A stretch of 64,000 nucleotides of DNA, taken from assembly GCA_021648085.1 (NCBI GenBank), contig JAKITS010000001.1, positions 618,759 to 682,758 of the forward strand. Reading direction: 5' to 3'. The stretch's first letter is position 1, and each line of letters begins with the position of its first letter. The position numbers and the translations under genes are program-made. A model generated the notes under the pieces. It saw nothing but the letters and a program-made list of their open reading frames with translations. It had not been told where the DNA came from and made no database searches. Positions 1-10,406 of the stretch are shown piece after piece. This stretch comes from Candidatus Magasanikiibacteriota bacterium (lineage in GTDB: Bacteria; Patescibacteriota; Patescibacteriia; Magasanikbacterales; UBA922).

Positions 1-437
<437 letters not shown>

Positions 438-639
438 ATAAAAGAGATATTAAAAACCGAAGTTTTTACCCTCTCTATAAAAGTTATTTCCTAGAGTTTC
501 TTTATTTTTTGAATAGACATTTTCCCGCTTTAGATAAACTAAAGCGATAGAAGTCTTTGTCACTTTCTTATTGTGAATTGTTTGGTTAATTACATTGTAA
601 TGTTCGACGCATTTTTTCCGTTATCTAAATGCAGTTGCA

Positions 640-668
640 AGTTTACACTATAGCCAAAAACTTGTCAA
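640..668 (-). promoter_or_regulatory. Candidate sigma70 promoter for the rRNA operon (TTGACA, 17-nt spacer, TAAACT), about 200 nt upstream of the 16S 5' end
   Basis: Read on the minus strand: ttgaca (668..663), a 17-nt spacer, then taaact (645..640). It is positioned as an rRNA leader promoter. Confidence 0.45.
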
Positions 669-779
669 GTACTTTTATAAAAATTATACTTGTGGATAAC
701 TTTTACCATAGTAAATCACCTGTCTTCTAAAAGAAAAAAGACCTAAAAATTCAAGTCTTAAAAAACTACTTTTTATTCT

Positions 780-1481
780 TTAGACATTTTTTCTCCAATC
801 TTCTATTTTTTTATGGTCTCCACTTAATAAAATTTTTGGAACTTTCCAACCTTTAAAATCAGCAGGTTTTGTGTATTGAGAATACTCTGCACCACTACCT
901 TTTTCACCTTTTCCAAAAGTCTCCTCGTCCAAAGATTTTGGGTTTCCTAAAACACCTGGAACTAAACGACTAACCGCTTCCGTAATAATTAGAGCGCCCA
1001 ATTCTCCGCCAGCCAAAATGTAAGGACCAACTGAAATTTCTTCATCCACCATTCTTTCAACCACTCGCTGATCTACGCCTTCATACCTTCCACACACAAA
1101 AGTAAGCTCTTTATATTTTGAAAATTTTTCTGCCATTCGCTGATCAAACTGCGCACCACGCGGAGAAAGTAAAATTGTTTTTTTATTTTTTGAAACTTCG
1201 CCTGTTAAAATTTTTTTAATTTTTGAAAGTCCGTCTACGGTTTTAAACGGTAGTGCTTTTACACTTTTCAAAGCTCTATAAATTGGCTCCGGTTTCATGA
1301 CCATCCCAGCTCCGCCGCCGTATGGAGTGTCGTCAACTTTCTTATGTTTATTTTCAGAAAAATCTCGCAGATTAATTGCGTTAATTTTTATAAATTTATT
1401 TTTCTGTGCGCGTCCCAAAATACTCTCATTTGAATATTGAGATATTAATTCTGGAAAAATTGTTACTATATTAAATTTCAT
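780..1481 (-). CDS. trmD: tRNA (guanine37-N1)-methyltransferase
   Basis: 233 aa. The N-terminus MKFNIVTIFPE and the GGGAGMVMKPEP block are typical of TrmD (SPOUT fold). Confidence 0.85.
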   Translation of the reverse strand: MKFNIVTIFPELISQYSNESILGRAQKNKFIKINAINLRDFSENKHKKVDDTPYGGGAGMVMKPEPIYRALKSVKALPFKTVDGLSKIKKILTGEVSKNKKTILLSPRGAQFDQRMAEKFSKYKELTFVCGRYEGVDQRVVERMVDEEISVGPYILAGGELGALIITEAVSRLVPGVLGNPKSLDEETFGKGEKGSGAEYSQYTKPADFKGWKVPKILLSGDHKKIEDWRKNV

Positions 1482-1569
1482 ATTTTATTTTACTTCTATT
1501 ATATCAAATTTAAAAAACAAAAACACATCTTTTGAGGTGTGGTTTTGTTTTTTAAAAGTTTAAAGAAGT

Positions 1570-3645
1570 TTACTTTCTACCTTCAATTATTTTTGCTTCA
1601 ACACTTTTTGGTGCTGGTGCGTAGTGTTCAAATTCCATTGAATAACTAGCACGACCTTGAGTCATAGAACGAAGTTCTGTAGCATAACCAAACATTTCAG
1701 AAAGTGGTACAAGTGCCAAAATAATTTTTGCACTTCCACGATCTCCCATCTCTTGGATTTGACCACGCTTTGAACTCAAATTTCCCATTACATCTCCCAT
1801 ATAATCTTCCGGTGATGTAACTTCGACCTTCATAATAGGTTCTAAAATTACCGGTTTTGCTTTGTTTGCAGCTGCTTTAAATGCCATACTTGCTGCCATT
1901 TTAAATGCAATTTCTGAAGAGTCAACTTCATGATAACTACCATCATAAAGAGTAACCTTCAAATCCACAACTGGATAACCAGCAAGAATACCTCTGTCCA
2001 TTGATTCTTTCATTCCTTTTTCAATAGCTGGAATGTATTCTCTTGGAATTGTTCCACCTTTAATTTCATTTGCAAACTCAAAACCTTCACCACGCTCCGT
2101 AGGCTCCATACGGATTAGACAATGACCATACTGACCACGTCCACCAGATTGCTTCACATACTTCCCTTCTGCCTCAGAATTTGCAGTAATAGCTTCTTTA
2201 TATGCAACCTGAGGAGCACCAACATTTGCAGTGACGCCAAACTCACGCTTCATACGATCTACAATAATTTCCAAATGAAGTTCTCCCATTCCAGAAATAA
2301 TTGTCTGCAAAGTTTCATCATCTGTTCTAACTTTGAAAGAAGGGTCTTCTTCTGATAATTTCTGCAATGCAAATCCCATTTTTTCTTGGTCAGTTTTTGT
2401 AGCTGGCTCAATTGCAATGTGAATAACAGGATCTGGAAATTCAATTTTTTCCAAAATAACTTTGCGCTTTTCATCTACCAGAGTATCTCCTGTTTTTGCT
2501 TCTTTCAAACCAATTGCTGCTGCAATTTCTCCAGAATATACTTCTTGAACTTCTTCACGATTGTTTGCATGAAGACGAACGATACGACCAATCCTTTCTT
2601 TTTTGCCATTAGTAGTATTTAATACATAACTTCCAGCCTTTAGAGTACCGGCGTAAACACGGAAGAACACAAGTTTTCCAACAAATGGATCCGTTGCAAT
2701 TTTAAAAGCCATTGCTGCAAGAGGTGCGTCGTCATCTGCCACAATTTCAATTGTTTTTTCTTCATCATCTGCATCAATTCCTATAAGTGGTGGAATGTCT
2801 AACGGTGATGGTAAGAAATCTACAACACCATCCAAGACAAGTTGGACTCCAATGTTTGCCAATGCAGAACCACAGAATACTGGATAAATCTCATCCTTCA
2901 AAACCATTGTTCTAATTGCACTTTTAATATCTTGGACTGACAATTCTTCTTCACCTAAATATTTTTCCATTATAATATCATCTGCTTCTGCAACTTTTTC
3001 TACAAGTTCTGCTCTGTATTTTTCAACTTTTTCTTTCATGTCTTCTGGAATTTCAATTTCTTTAATATCGATTCCAAAATTTCCTTCAAATTTATATGCT
3101 TTTCTTTTTATCAAATCTATAACCCCAGACAAGCTTGATTCTTGTCCAATTGGAAGTTGTACAGCAAAAGCTTTCTTAGAAAGCCTTTCTCTAATAGAAT
3201 TTATACTCATGTAAAAATCAGCTCCTACTTTATCCATTTTATTTATAAAACAAATTCTAGGTACTGAATATTTATCTGCTTGACGCCATACAGTTTCTGA
3301 TTGAGGTTCTACTCCTTGTGAACTATCAAAAACTGCAACAGCCCCATCCAAAACACGAAGTGAGCGCTCAACTTCTATTGTAAAATCTACATGTCCTGGA
3401 GTGTCAATAATATTGATACGAGTATCTTTCCAAAAACAAGTTGTAGCAGCAGAAGTAATAGTAATGCCACGCTCTTTTTCTTGTTCCATCCAGTCCATTT
3501 CAGCAGCCCCTTCATGAACTTCTCCAATTTTATGCTTACGACCAGTATAATACAAAATACGCTCAGTAGTTGTTGTCTTACCAGCGTCAATGTGAGCCAT
3601 GATTCCTATATTTCTAGTTTTATCTAACGAATATTCACGAGCCAT
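1570..3645 (-). CDS. fusA: Translation elongation factor G
   Basis: 691 aa. The G1 motif [15 protein letters not shown] and the DTPGHVDF motif are present. It lies downstream of rpsL-rpsG in the classical str operon order. Confidence 0.95.
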   Translation of the reverse strand: MAREYSLDKTRNIGIMAHIDAGKTTTTERILYYTGRKHKIGEVHEGAAEMDWMEQEKERGITITSAATTCFWKDTRINIIDTPGHVDFTIEVERSLRVLDGAVAVFDSSQGVEPQSETVWRQADKYSVPRICFINKMDKVGADFYMSINSIRERLSKKAFAVQLPIGQESSLSGVIDLIKRKAYKFEGNFGIDIKEIEIPEDMKEKVEKYRAELVEKVAEADDIIMEKYLGEEELSVQDIKSAIRTMVLKDEIYPVFCGSALANIGVQLVLDGVVDFLPSPLDIPPLIGIDADDEEKTIEIVADDDAPLAAMAFKIATDPFVGKLVFFRVYAGTLKAGSYVLNTTNGKKERIGRIVRLHANNREEVQEVYSGEIAAAIGLKEAKTGDTLVDEKRKVILEKIEFPDPVIHIAIEPATKTDQEKMGFALQKLSEEDPSFKVRTDDETLQTIISGMGELHLEIIVDRMKREFGVTANVGAPQVAYKEAITANSEAEGKYVKQSGGRGQYGHCLIRMEPTERGEGFEFANEIKGGTIPREYIPAIEKGMKESMDRGILAGYPVVDLKVTLYDGSYHEVDSSEIAFKMAASMAFKAAANKAKPVILEPIMKVEVTSPEDYMGDVMGNLSSKRGQIQEMGDRGSAKIILALVPLSEMFGYATELRSMTQGRASYSMEFEHYAPAPKSVEAKIIEGRK

Positions 3646-3728
3646 ATTTTTAATTTAAGTTAAAAGATATAAACGGAAAGATACAAATAGTTAATTTGTA
3701 TCTTCGTCTTTATTATAGATTAGAAAAA

Positions 3729-4208
3729 TTAACGTCTAAATCTTGCGAAGTGAGCAAATGCTTTATTTGCTTCTGCCATACGATGAGTATCTTCTTTCTT
3801 TTTCATTGCACCACCTACTCCTTCCATTACATCCATCATTTCTGAAGCCAATCTGTCTATCATTGCTTTTCCTTTTCTTTTTCTAGCAGCTTCCACAAGC
3901 CAACGAAATGCTAAAGCATCCTGCCTTGTTCCTACAACTGGCATTGGCACTTGATAGTTTGCCCCACCAACTCTTCGACTTCTTACCTCTACTTGAGGTT
4001 TTACAATTTCAATAACCTTTTTAAAAACTTCCAATTGTTTTTCACCAGTTTTTTCAGCAACAATATCCAATGCACCATATACAATTCTTTGTGCCGTTGT
4101 TTTCTTTCCACTTTCCATTACAAAGTTGATAAATCTTGCAAGTAGCAAGTCACCATATTTTGCTTCTGGAGCAATTATTCTTTTTGGTATTTTTTTTCCT
4201 CTAGCCAT
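3729..4208 (-). CDS. rpsG: 30S ribosomal protein S7
   Basis: 159 aa with S7 family sequence features. It lies between rpsL and fusA. Confidence 0.9.
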   Translation of the reverse strand: MARGKKIPKRIIAPEAKYGDLLLARFINFVMESGKKTTAQRIVYGALDIVAEKTGEKQLEVFKKVIEIVKPQVEVRSRRVGGANYQVPMPVVGTRQDALAFRWLVEAARKRKGKAMIDRLASEMMDVMEGVGGAMKKKEDTHRMAEANKAFAHFARFRR

Positions 4209-4211
4209 ATA

Positions 4212-4631
4212 TTATTTTTTTGGTTTTTTAACACCGTACATTGATCTACTTCTCTTTCTACCTTCAACTCCTTGTGTATCGTATACACCACGAACGATGT
4301 GATAACGAACACCCGGCAAGTCTTTAACACGCCCACCACGAATCAACACGATTGAATGCTCTTGTAAGTTGTGTCCTTCACCTGGAATATATGCAATAAT
4401 TTCAGCACCATTCGAAAGACGAACTTTTGCTACTTTACGAAGCGCTGAGTTAGGTTTCTTTGGGGTAGCTGTATAAACTTTTGTACACACACCTCTTTTA
4501 AATGGACTACCACGTCTCAACATTGTCTTCTTTCTGTGAAGACTGTCATATGTGTATTGCAAAACAGGAGATTCTGATTTCTTCTTTTTTTTCTTTCTTC
4601 CTTTGCGGAGAATTTGATTCATTGTTGGCAT
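4212..4631 (-). CDS. rpsL: 30S ribosomal protein S12 (start placed at the internal ATG giving [12 protein letters not shown]; the ORF track extends to a TTG at 4673)
   Basis: Conserved [11 protein letters not shown]...[12 protein letters not shown] block. The canonical S12 N-terminus MPTxNQLxRKGR begins at the ATG at 4631. The 14 extra codons from the TTG at 4673 have no counterpart in S12. Confidence 0.85.
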   Translation of the reverse strand: MPTMNQILRKGRKKKKKKSESPVLQYTYDSLHRKKTMLRRGSPFKRGVCTKVYTATPKKPNSALRKVAKVRLSNGAEIIAYIPGEGHNLQEHSIVLIRGGRVKDLPGVRYHIVRGVYDTQGVEGRKRSRSMYGVKKPKK

Positions 4632-4673
4632 AACTATTTTTTCTAAAGTTAAATTTAATTTAGGTGACGGCAA

Positions 4674-5112
4674 CTCAAATCAACCACTTAAATTAAATCT
4701 AATAAATTTAAATTTCTAAAGCGTCATCATTATACGAGAAATATAAAAAAATGTCAAGTATATAATATAAAATAAAGATAAATTAAATTAGTTATCATAA
4801 TAAAACCAATTATTATATATATCATTTTAATTTTAAATAAACAAAACTCTTTTTTAAAATCTATCAACTTTTTATTAAGTAAATACTTATTTATATATTT
4901 ATTTTCAATTATTATTAAAGAATTTTTAATAACTTGTTGATTTTTATTGTGTTTATATAATATTATTAAAATATGAAATATTTATAATAAATAAATTTAT
5001 TAATTTATTTTACATTAATTGATCATATTTTTTATAATCATTTGACCATATCTTATATAATTTTAATATATCGGATGGAATTTTACTAAACATATTTATT
5101 AAAAATAAATAT
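4674..5112. other. 439-bp non-coding spacer that is extremely AT-rich (roughly 90% A+T) and full of short direct and inverted A/T repeats
   Basis: Composition and lack of any ORF can be read directly. The spacer contains the str-operon promoter at its rpsL-proximal end. Confidence 0.6.
4729..4757 (-). promoter_or_regulatory. Perfect-consensus sigma70 promoter (TTGACA, 17-nt spacer, TATAAT) upstream of rpsL-rpsG-fusA
   Basis: Minus strand: ttgaca (4757..4752), a 17-nt spacer, then tataat (4734..4729). Confidence 0.6.
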
Positions 5113-5760
5113 TTAAAAAAATAAATTTTCTAATAAATAAAAAGCTTGGTTTGTAAATAAACCGTAAGTTTTTAAAATAATTGGAAACACAATTCGAGAA
5201 AAAGAAAAAATAAAGATTAAAAGGATGAAAAATCCATATCTTTCTAAGGTTTCTTTTACATGTGCCATAGAATCTGGCAAAAGTGCGTACAAAAGTTTTG
5301 AGCCGTCGAGCGGTGGGATTGGAATCATATTGAAAACACCAAGTAAAACATTTGCATAAACTATAATAGCAAAAAATTCTGATATACTTTTTGAAATACT
5401 TAAATAAGGTGTTAAACGAATTAATAAGCCAAAAACCAAAGCTAAACTAAAATTGGACAACGGTCCAGCAATAGCAACATAAACTGGTCCCCATTTTTGA
5501 TCTTTGAGATTGTAGGGATTGTATGGAACAGGCTTGGCGTAAGCAAACAAAAAAGAACCACCAGAAACTAGAAATAAAAACAAAGGCATCAAAATTGTAC
5601 CCCACATATCTATATGTTTGCGCGGATCTAATGTTAAGCGTCCAGCGTATTTTGCAGTTGGGTCACCAAGTTTGTCTGCAGCCCAAGCATGGGCATACTC
5701 GTGTAAAATTGCAGACATAAGTAATGAGGTAAAAAAGAAGAAAAGTGGTAAATAACTCAT
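5113..5760 (-). CDS. Membrane zinc metalloprotease, site-2 protease (peptidase M50)-like
   Basis: 215 aa, polytopic membrane protein. The HEYAH motif (HExxH) sits in the first TM region and LDG lies downstream, which is the typical M50/S2P arrangement. Confidence 0.7.
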   Translation of the reverse strand: MSYLPLFFFFTSLLMSAILHEYAHAWAADKLGDPTAKYAGRLTLDPRKHIDMWGTILMPLFLFLVSGGSFLFAYAKPVPYNPYNLKDQKWGPVYVAIAGPLSNFSLALVFGLLIRLTPYLSISKSISEFFAIIVYANVLLGVFNMIPIPPLDGSKLLYALLPDSMAHVKETLERYGFFILLIFIFSFSRIVFPIILKTYGLFTNQAFYLLENLFF

Positions 5761-5776
5761 AATTTATTGTTTAAAC

Positions 5777-5805
5777 TTGACAAGTACTATATTTATCTAT
5801 ATAAT
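5777..5805 (+). promoter_or_regulatory. Perfect-consensus sigma70 promoter (TTGACA, 17-nt spacer, TATAAT) for rpmB
   Basis: ttgaca at 5777..5782, a 17-nt spacer, and tataat at 5800..5805, about 75 nt upstream of the rpmB ATG. Confidence 0.6.
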
Positions 5806-5879
5806 TATCGTGAATAAGAACTAACTCCAAGAATTATAAACAGAAGACTGAGATAAGTCAACACTATTATAACAAATAT

Positions 5880-6044
5880 ATGGCTAAATGTGCTAAATGT
5901 AAGAAAGGTTCAAAAAAAGCAGCGAACCGTTCACATGCAAAAAACAAAACTTTGAGACGGCAAAAACCAAACCTACAAAAACATAATGGTGAGTTGGTTT
6001 GCACAAGATGTGTTAGAACAGAAAAAAAACACCAAACTGCTTAA
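5880..6044 (+). CDS. rpmB: 50S ribosomal protein L28 (54 aa; absent from the ORF track because it is shorter than 60 aa)
   Basis: Manual translation gives MAKCAKCKKGSKKAANRSHAKNKTLRRQKPNLQKHNGELVCTRCVRTEKKHQTA. The blocks NRSHAxNKTxRRxxPNLQ and C..C fit the L28 family. Confidence 0.8.
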   Translation: MAKCAKCKKGSKKAANRSHAKNKTLRRQKPNLQKHNGELVCTRCVRTEKKHQTA

Positions 6045-6063
6045 ATTTTTATACAAAGAAAAA

Positions 6064-6092
6064 AGGCACCTGAGTTCAGGTGCCTTTTTGTT
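6064..6092 (+). terminator. Rho-independent terminator after rpmB
   Basis: Hairpin aggcacct-gagttc-aggtgcct followed by tttttgtt. A second hairpin agaggt-cgaa-acctct (6105..6120) terminates the convergent minus-strand gene. Confidence 0.7.
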
Positions 6093-6128
6093 ATTATATA
6101 AAAAAGAGGTCGAAACCTCTTTATAAAA

Positions 6129-6425
6129 CTAAACCTCCCCTTGCAAACGCATTTCACATAAAATTTCTTCGTAACAAATTTCTGTTAATTCTCTAAATTT
6201 TTGAAGCCACGCTTTTACAAAAAGTGCATACTCACCGTTATTTTCTTTTATCCAGAATAAAAATCTCTCCACTTTAGTTTTACAGATTTCTCGTAAATCA
6301 TCCTGCAAAACACCCTTTATTATATTGTATGATTCTACAAATAATGTTAGCTGGACAATTAAATTTTCTAATTCTAGGGAGTTACATTTTAAAATATCTT
6401 CCAAGAATCTATGATACTCTTCCAT
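6129..6425 (-). CDS. Hypothetical protein (98 aa)
   Basis: ORF with a downstream hairpin terminator. No recognisable motifs. Confidence 0.45.
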   Translation of the reverse strand: MEEYHRFLEDILKCNSLELENLIVQLTLFVESYNIIKGVLQDDLREICKTKVERFLFWIKENNGEYALFVKAWLQKFRELTEICYEEILCEMRLQGEV

Positions 6426-6695
6426 TAGAGCCTCCTATGTTTATGAAATGAGCGCTATGGCACGAAAAGAACTCAAAACTATTTTTTTAAAACAGTTTTC
6501 AATTCTCTTCAAAATAAATACTCCGCTTTTTACGGAGTATTTATTTTATTTTGTTTTATTTGTGATCTCCGCCACAATTACCACCACAGCAATCACCGTC
6601 TTTTTCATCGTCGCAACCACTGCAAAACATTACTCCATTCATATTTTTTGAATTTATAAAAATTAGTTTACTATAAAATTCTATTTTTGTCAATA

Positions 6696-7175
6696 CTAAG
6701 CACGCTCATCTTCCATATAAATGTGCAAGAAGTCTGTTTTGTTGTAGTCAAAGATTTCATGTGATTCAAAAAATCTCTCTGTTTCAATTTTTCCATTTTC
6801 TGCACTATCTGAACAGTGAACTACATTACACATTCCCATTGCCAAGTCCCCGCGAATAGTACCACCGTCTGCTTGACCAGCATTTGTAATACCAGCGACT
6901 AGACGAACTGCATTTGCAGCATTTTTACCTTCCAAACAAATGATAACCACAGGATTTGATTTCATAAAATTTTCAACTCCTTGATAAAAAGGCTTTTCAG
7001 CAATGTGTGCATAATGCTCGCGAAGTTTTTCTGGATTTAGTTGCGCCATTTTTAGACCAACCAACTTTAAACCTTTTCTTTCCAATCTACCTAAAATTTC
7101 CCCGACCAAACCACGCTGTACTCCGTCTGGTTTTACAATCAATAAAGTCTTTTCGTAAATTCCATCGAATTTCAT
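6696..7175 (-). CDS. ndk: Nucleoside diphosphate kinase
   Basis: 159 aa with the NDK family blocks IVKPDGVQRGLVGEI, the NVVHCSDS active-site region and the TIRGD motif. Confidence 0.9.
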   Translation of the reverse strand: MKFDGIYEKTLLIVKPDGVQRGLVGEILGRLERKGLKLVGLKMAQLNPEKLREHYAHIAEKPFYQGVENFMKSNPVVIICLEGKNAANAVRLVAGITNAGQADGGTIRGDLAMGMCNVVHCSDSAENGKIETERFFESHEIFDYNKTDFLHIYMEDERA

Positions 7176-7218
7176 ATTTTTTATTTAATGTTTAATATAA
7201 ACAAATATAACTATTTTT

Positions 7219-9231
7219 TTACAATTCGTCAATACTTTTCAAGAAACTAGAGTGTTTTGGGATATCATCATCAAAAGGAACATAGGAAATTTCATCTATA
7301 TCATCGCTTGGATCTGTAAAAACTGAAGTCTCTCTACATCTCTCATCTGTTAAATTTCTACTATTCATTTCACCTATAAACAAACTAGGTCCAGAAAATA
7401 AATTTCCAAACCCACCAGACTCAGAATATGTCATAAACAAGTGAGTTTTGGCGCGAGTAATCGCAACATAAAAAAGTCTTCGCTCTTCTTCTAAACCATC
7501 TTTTTCTCGCATTGCACGCTCGTTTGGAAACTGTCCCGCCGCCAAATTTATAATAAAAACTACATCCCATTCCAAACCTTTTGCTTGGTGAATTGTAGAG
7601 AGAATTACAGCGTCTTCATTTCTTTCTTTTTTCATATCTTTTCTAGCATTTCCTTCTTGTAAAGCAGACTCGGCCAAAAATTTTCCCAAATTATCGTATT
7701 TTTCTGCAAAACTTACAAGCTGTTCTATGTCTTGCACACGCTCTCTATAATTATCATATTCACTTTTTAAATACTGAACATAAATTGAGCTCAATATAGC
7801 CTCGATCAAAGTTCCAGGTTTTTTTGCTTGAACATTTATTATATCCTTCCAAATTTGCACAAAATCTCCCCACCCTATTTTTGCTCGTGCCGACATTGGA
7901 ATTTCTGCAGAAATTAATTCCTCTGAAGTTAAATCCTTTACAATTGCAATTATTTTTTGAGCTGTCACAAGACCAATTCCAGACTGCATATTTAAAACCC
8001 TATTCCAAGAAACCATATCTTTTGGGTTTGAATAAATTCGCAAAAATGCCAAAACATCTTTGATGTGTGCACGCTCAAAAAATCGAATTCCACCTCTATA
8101 TTCATAGTCAATTCCCAAACTATTCAACTCCATTTCCAGTGCTTGTGAGTGGTGCGTTGAACGAAATAAAACTGCTATCTTTTTTATTCCGTCATTTTGA
8201 AATTCTGAAATTTTATCTGCAATATATTCTGCTTCATTTTTTTGATGATAAAAAGAATTTAGCTCTGGCGTCACATTTACTTCTCGATGACTTTTCAAAA
8301 CCTTACGAAATTGTTTTAGATTTTTTTCTATTACATCGTTTGCAAGCCCCAAAATATTTGGAGTTGATCTGTAATTTGTCTCCAACTTAAAAATTTTAGT
8401 GCCTTCATATTTTTTTGGAAAATCCAAAATATTATTTACATTTGCAGCGCGAAAAGAATAAATACTTTGCGCATCATCACCAACCACCAAAATATTTTTG
8501 TGTACCGAAGCTAGTAAATTTATAATTGAGTCCTGAATTTTATTTGTATCTTGATACTCATCCACCAAAACATATTTAAATTTGCCAGCATAATAATCCA
8601 ACATTTCTGGTGAAGATTGAAGAAGTCTGTAAAAATTTATCAGCAAATCATCGAAGTCCATTGAATTTGAAAGTTTTTTACGCTTTTCATATTCATTGAA
8701 AATATGTCCCAAATCATCTCTTAAATTTAAAAAATGTGGATATTTTAAATTTATAACATCTTGCAAACCCATCTCGGAATTTCTAGAAAAACTAAAAATA
8801 GATTGTAAAACTTTTGTAGATGGAAATTTTTGACCAGTTTTTTGGACACCCTCTTGCTTCACACAAATCTTTATCAAATCCCTACTATCCTCGCTATCCA
8901 AAACTGTAAAATTATTTGAATAACCAAGTACTACTGCTCGCCTTTTCAAAATTTTGAAAGCAATACTGTGAAATGTCCCAGCCCACGGCAGACGAGTTTC
9001 ACCTCTTGTTATTTCTTGCACACGAGTTAGCATTTCGCGCGACGCTTTATTTGTAAAAGTGACAAGCAAAATATTTTCCGGATTTACCCCCTGCTCCAAC
9101 AAATGTGCCACTCGATAAGTAATAGTCCTAGTCTTACCACTTCCAGCTCCAGCCAACACCAAACAAGCCCCATCTCCATCGGTGATAACTTTTACCTGTT
9201 CGCTATTCAATTCGTTATTATAGTCAATCAT
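7219..9231 (-). CDS. pcrA: ATP-dependent DNA helicase, UvrD/PcrA/Rep family (SF1)
   Basis: 670 aa. Walker A GAGSGKTRT, DEYQDTN motif II, and VTFTNKA are present. Confidence 0.85.
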   Translation of the reverse strand: MIDYNNELNSEQVKVITDGDGACLVLAGAGSGKTRTITYRVAHLLEQGVNPENILLVTFTNKASREMLTRVQEITRGETRLPWAGTFHSIAFKILKRRAVVLGYSNNFTVLDSEDSRDLIKICVKQEGVQKTGQKFPSTKVLQSIFSFSRNSEMGLQDVINLKYPHFLNLRDDLGHIFNEYEKRKKLSNSMDFDDLLINFYRLLQSSPEMLDYYAGKFKYVLVDEYQDTNKIQDSIINLLASVHKNILVVGDDAQSIYSFRAANVNNILDFPKKYEGTKIFKLETNYRSTPNILGLANDVIEKNLKQFRKVLKSHREVNVTPELNSFYHQKNEAEYIADKISEFQNDGIKKIAVLFRSTHHSQALEMELNSLGIDYEYRGGIRFFERAHIKDVLAFLRIYSNPKDMVSWNRVLNMQSGIGLVTAQKIIAIVKDLTSEELISAEIPMSARAKIGWGDFVQIWKDIINVQAKKPGTLIEAILSSIYVQYLKSEYDNYRERVQDIEQLVSFAEKYDNLGKFLAESALQEGNARKDMKKERNEDAVILSTIHQAKGLEWDVVFIINLAAGQFPNERAMREKDGLEEERRLFYVAITRAKTHLFMTYSESGGFGNLFSGPSLFIGEMNSRNLTDERCRETSVFTDPSDDIDEISYVPFDDDIPKHSSFLKSIDEL

Positions 9232-9440
9232 ATTTATTTAAAGTAAGACTATATAATATCAAAAATAGTGTAAATAAAAAAGCACCTATTTTAAAGGTGC
9301 TTGTTTTGGAGAATTCGTAATACTTCCATTAGATCTTTTAGAAATTCATCAATTTGTTTAATATACTTAATATCATGATTAATAAGCCAAAGATCGCTTT
9401 TCAAAAATGTTTTATATCCAATAAATCTTTGGGTACACTC

Positions 9441-9713
9441 TTATCTTCTTTTTCGAAGTTCTAACCAAAACTTAGCATTATCTTTTAAATTATTCAAAAT
9501 AAGAATTTCATCTTCACTAAAATTCTCAGATACAGAAATATTTTTTATTTCAATTCTTTTTTCTGCAAACCAATTTTCATCTCTAAAATATTCATCATAA
9601 AATACTTTTGCCAATCTCTTTTTTTCTTTTGAATATTCGTAATATTTTATCGGCAAAACAACAAGCCACAAAATAATAAATAAAACAAAACAAAATTGAA
9701 TTGTTTCAAACAT
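9441..9713 (-). CDS. Small membrane-anchored hypothetical protein (array member 1; N-terminal TM helix, charged C-terminal region)
   Basis: 90 aa. It has its own promoter and RBS (aggaag) in the upstream cassette. Confidence 0.5.
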   Translation of the reverse strand: MFETIQFCFVLFIILWLVVLPIKYYEYSKEKKRLAKVFYDEYFRDENWFAEKRIEIKNISVSENFSEDEILILNNLKDNAKFWLELRKRR

Positions 9714-9749
9714 GTCACTTCCTAAAATGAAAAGAACTTTACCTGCCTA

Positions 9750-9806
9750 AATATAAACTAAAAATATATTTTTGTCAATAAAAAAAGACGGCTAAATTTA
9801 GCCGTC
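9750..9806 (-). promoter_or_regulatory. Terminator-promoter cassette: hairpin gacggc-taaattta-gccgtc plus T-tract, followed by TTGACA, a 17-nt spacer and TATATT
   Basis: Hairpin at 9787..9806 with a T-run on the minus strand. Promoter ttgaca (9778..9773) and tatatt (9755..9750). Similar cassettes recur at 10329..10406, 11203..11259 and 12028..12133. Confidence 0.55.
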
Positions 9807-9812
9807 GTGTTT

Positions 9813-10328
9813 TTAATGAAGATAACTCTCGTCATCTTTTTTTATATTAAAATCCTCTTTCAACTCTTCCAACTCGACAATCAAATCTTCAATCTCATCG
9901 AAGAGGCTTTCCAAAAAAATATCCTCTTCTTTTATTTTTTCTATACCAGATTCAATAATCAAAACATCAAGCCTCAAAACAAAAAAGTTGGTAATTGGAT
10001 AATGTATTTTATTTATATTTTTTTGTACACTATCTTGAAACCCTCTTTTTCTTTCTAAAGACCTTTCAATCATTGTGTGATTTTGCAATGATAAGGCATA
10101 AATACTAGCATCTGGATATTCCAAAAATAAAAAATTTCTATAACTTTCAGACGATTTACTTTGTTTTTTATACCAACTATTTTCCAAACAATATAAATCT
10201 CTAAATTTTTCTACTAATTCTTTTTTTCTTTTTTGAAGTTTTATTACAGTCCAAGGTCTAATCCAAAAAAGTGCTGAAAAAATAAAAAGTACAATTGAAA
10301 CAGAAAGGAAAATACTTTCAATACTCAT
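9813..10328 (-). CDS. Small membrane-anchored hypothetical protein (array member 2; N-terminal TM helix, acidic coiled-coil-like C-terminus)
   Basis: 171 aa. Flanked by cassettes on both sides. Confidence 0.5.
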   Translation of the reverse strand: MSIESIFLSVSIVLFIFSALFWIRPWTVIKLQKRKKELVEKFRDLYCLENSWYKKQSKSSESYRNFLFLEYPDASIYALSLQNHTMIERSLERKRGFQDSVQKNINKIHYPITNFFVLRLDVLIIESGIEKIKEEDIFLESLFDEIEDLIVELEELKEDFNIKKDDESYLH

Positions 10329-10406
10329 TTAAACCCCTTTGTTGTATTTATATACCCAAATAAATATAAACCATTTTTCACATTTTGTCAATAAAAAAGC
10401 GTCCAA

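Noticed and set aside
690-702. tgtggataa (a DnaA-box match) near trmD, and ttatccaca at 27741..27749
   Set aside because: These are single isolated 9-mers with no cluster of boxes. dnaA and dnaN are not adjacent (gyrB sits without dnaA upstream in this window), so the evidence for oriC is insufficient.
2122-3627. Several 60-80 aa ORFs on both strands inside fusA
   Set aside because: They are fully contained within the well-supported EF-G reading frame.
4674-5112. The AT-rich spacer as a replication origin
   Set aside because: There are no DnaA boxes and no dnaA/dnaN context. A promoter or UP-element interpretation is better supported. The spacer is kept as a finding for its length and composition only.
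6448-6651. 67-aa + strand ORF (low-complexity ATITTTAIT...)
   Set aside because: It has implausible composition. The region is better explained by the minus-strand Cys-rich micro-ORF and a bidirectional terminator.
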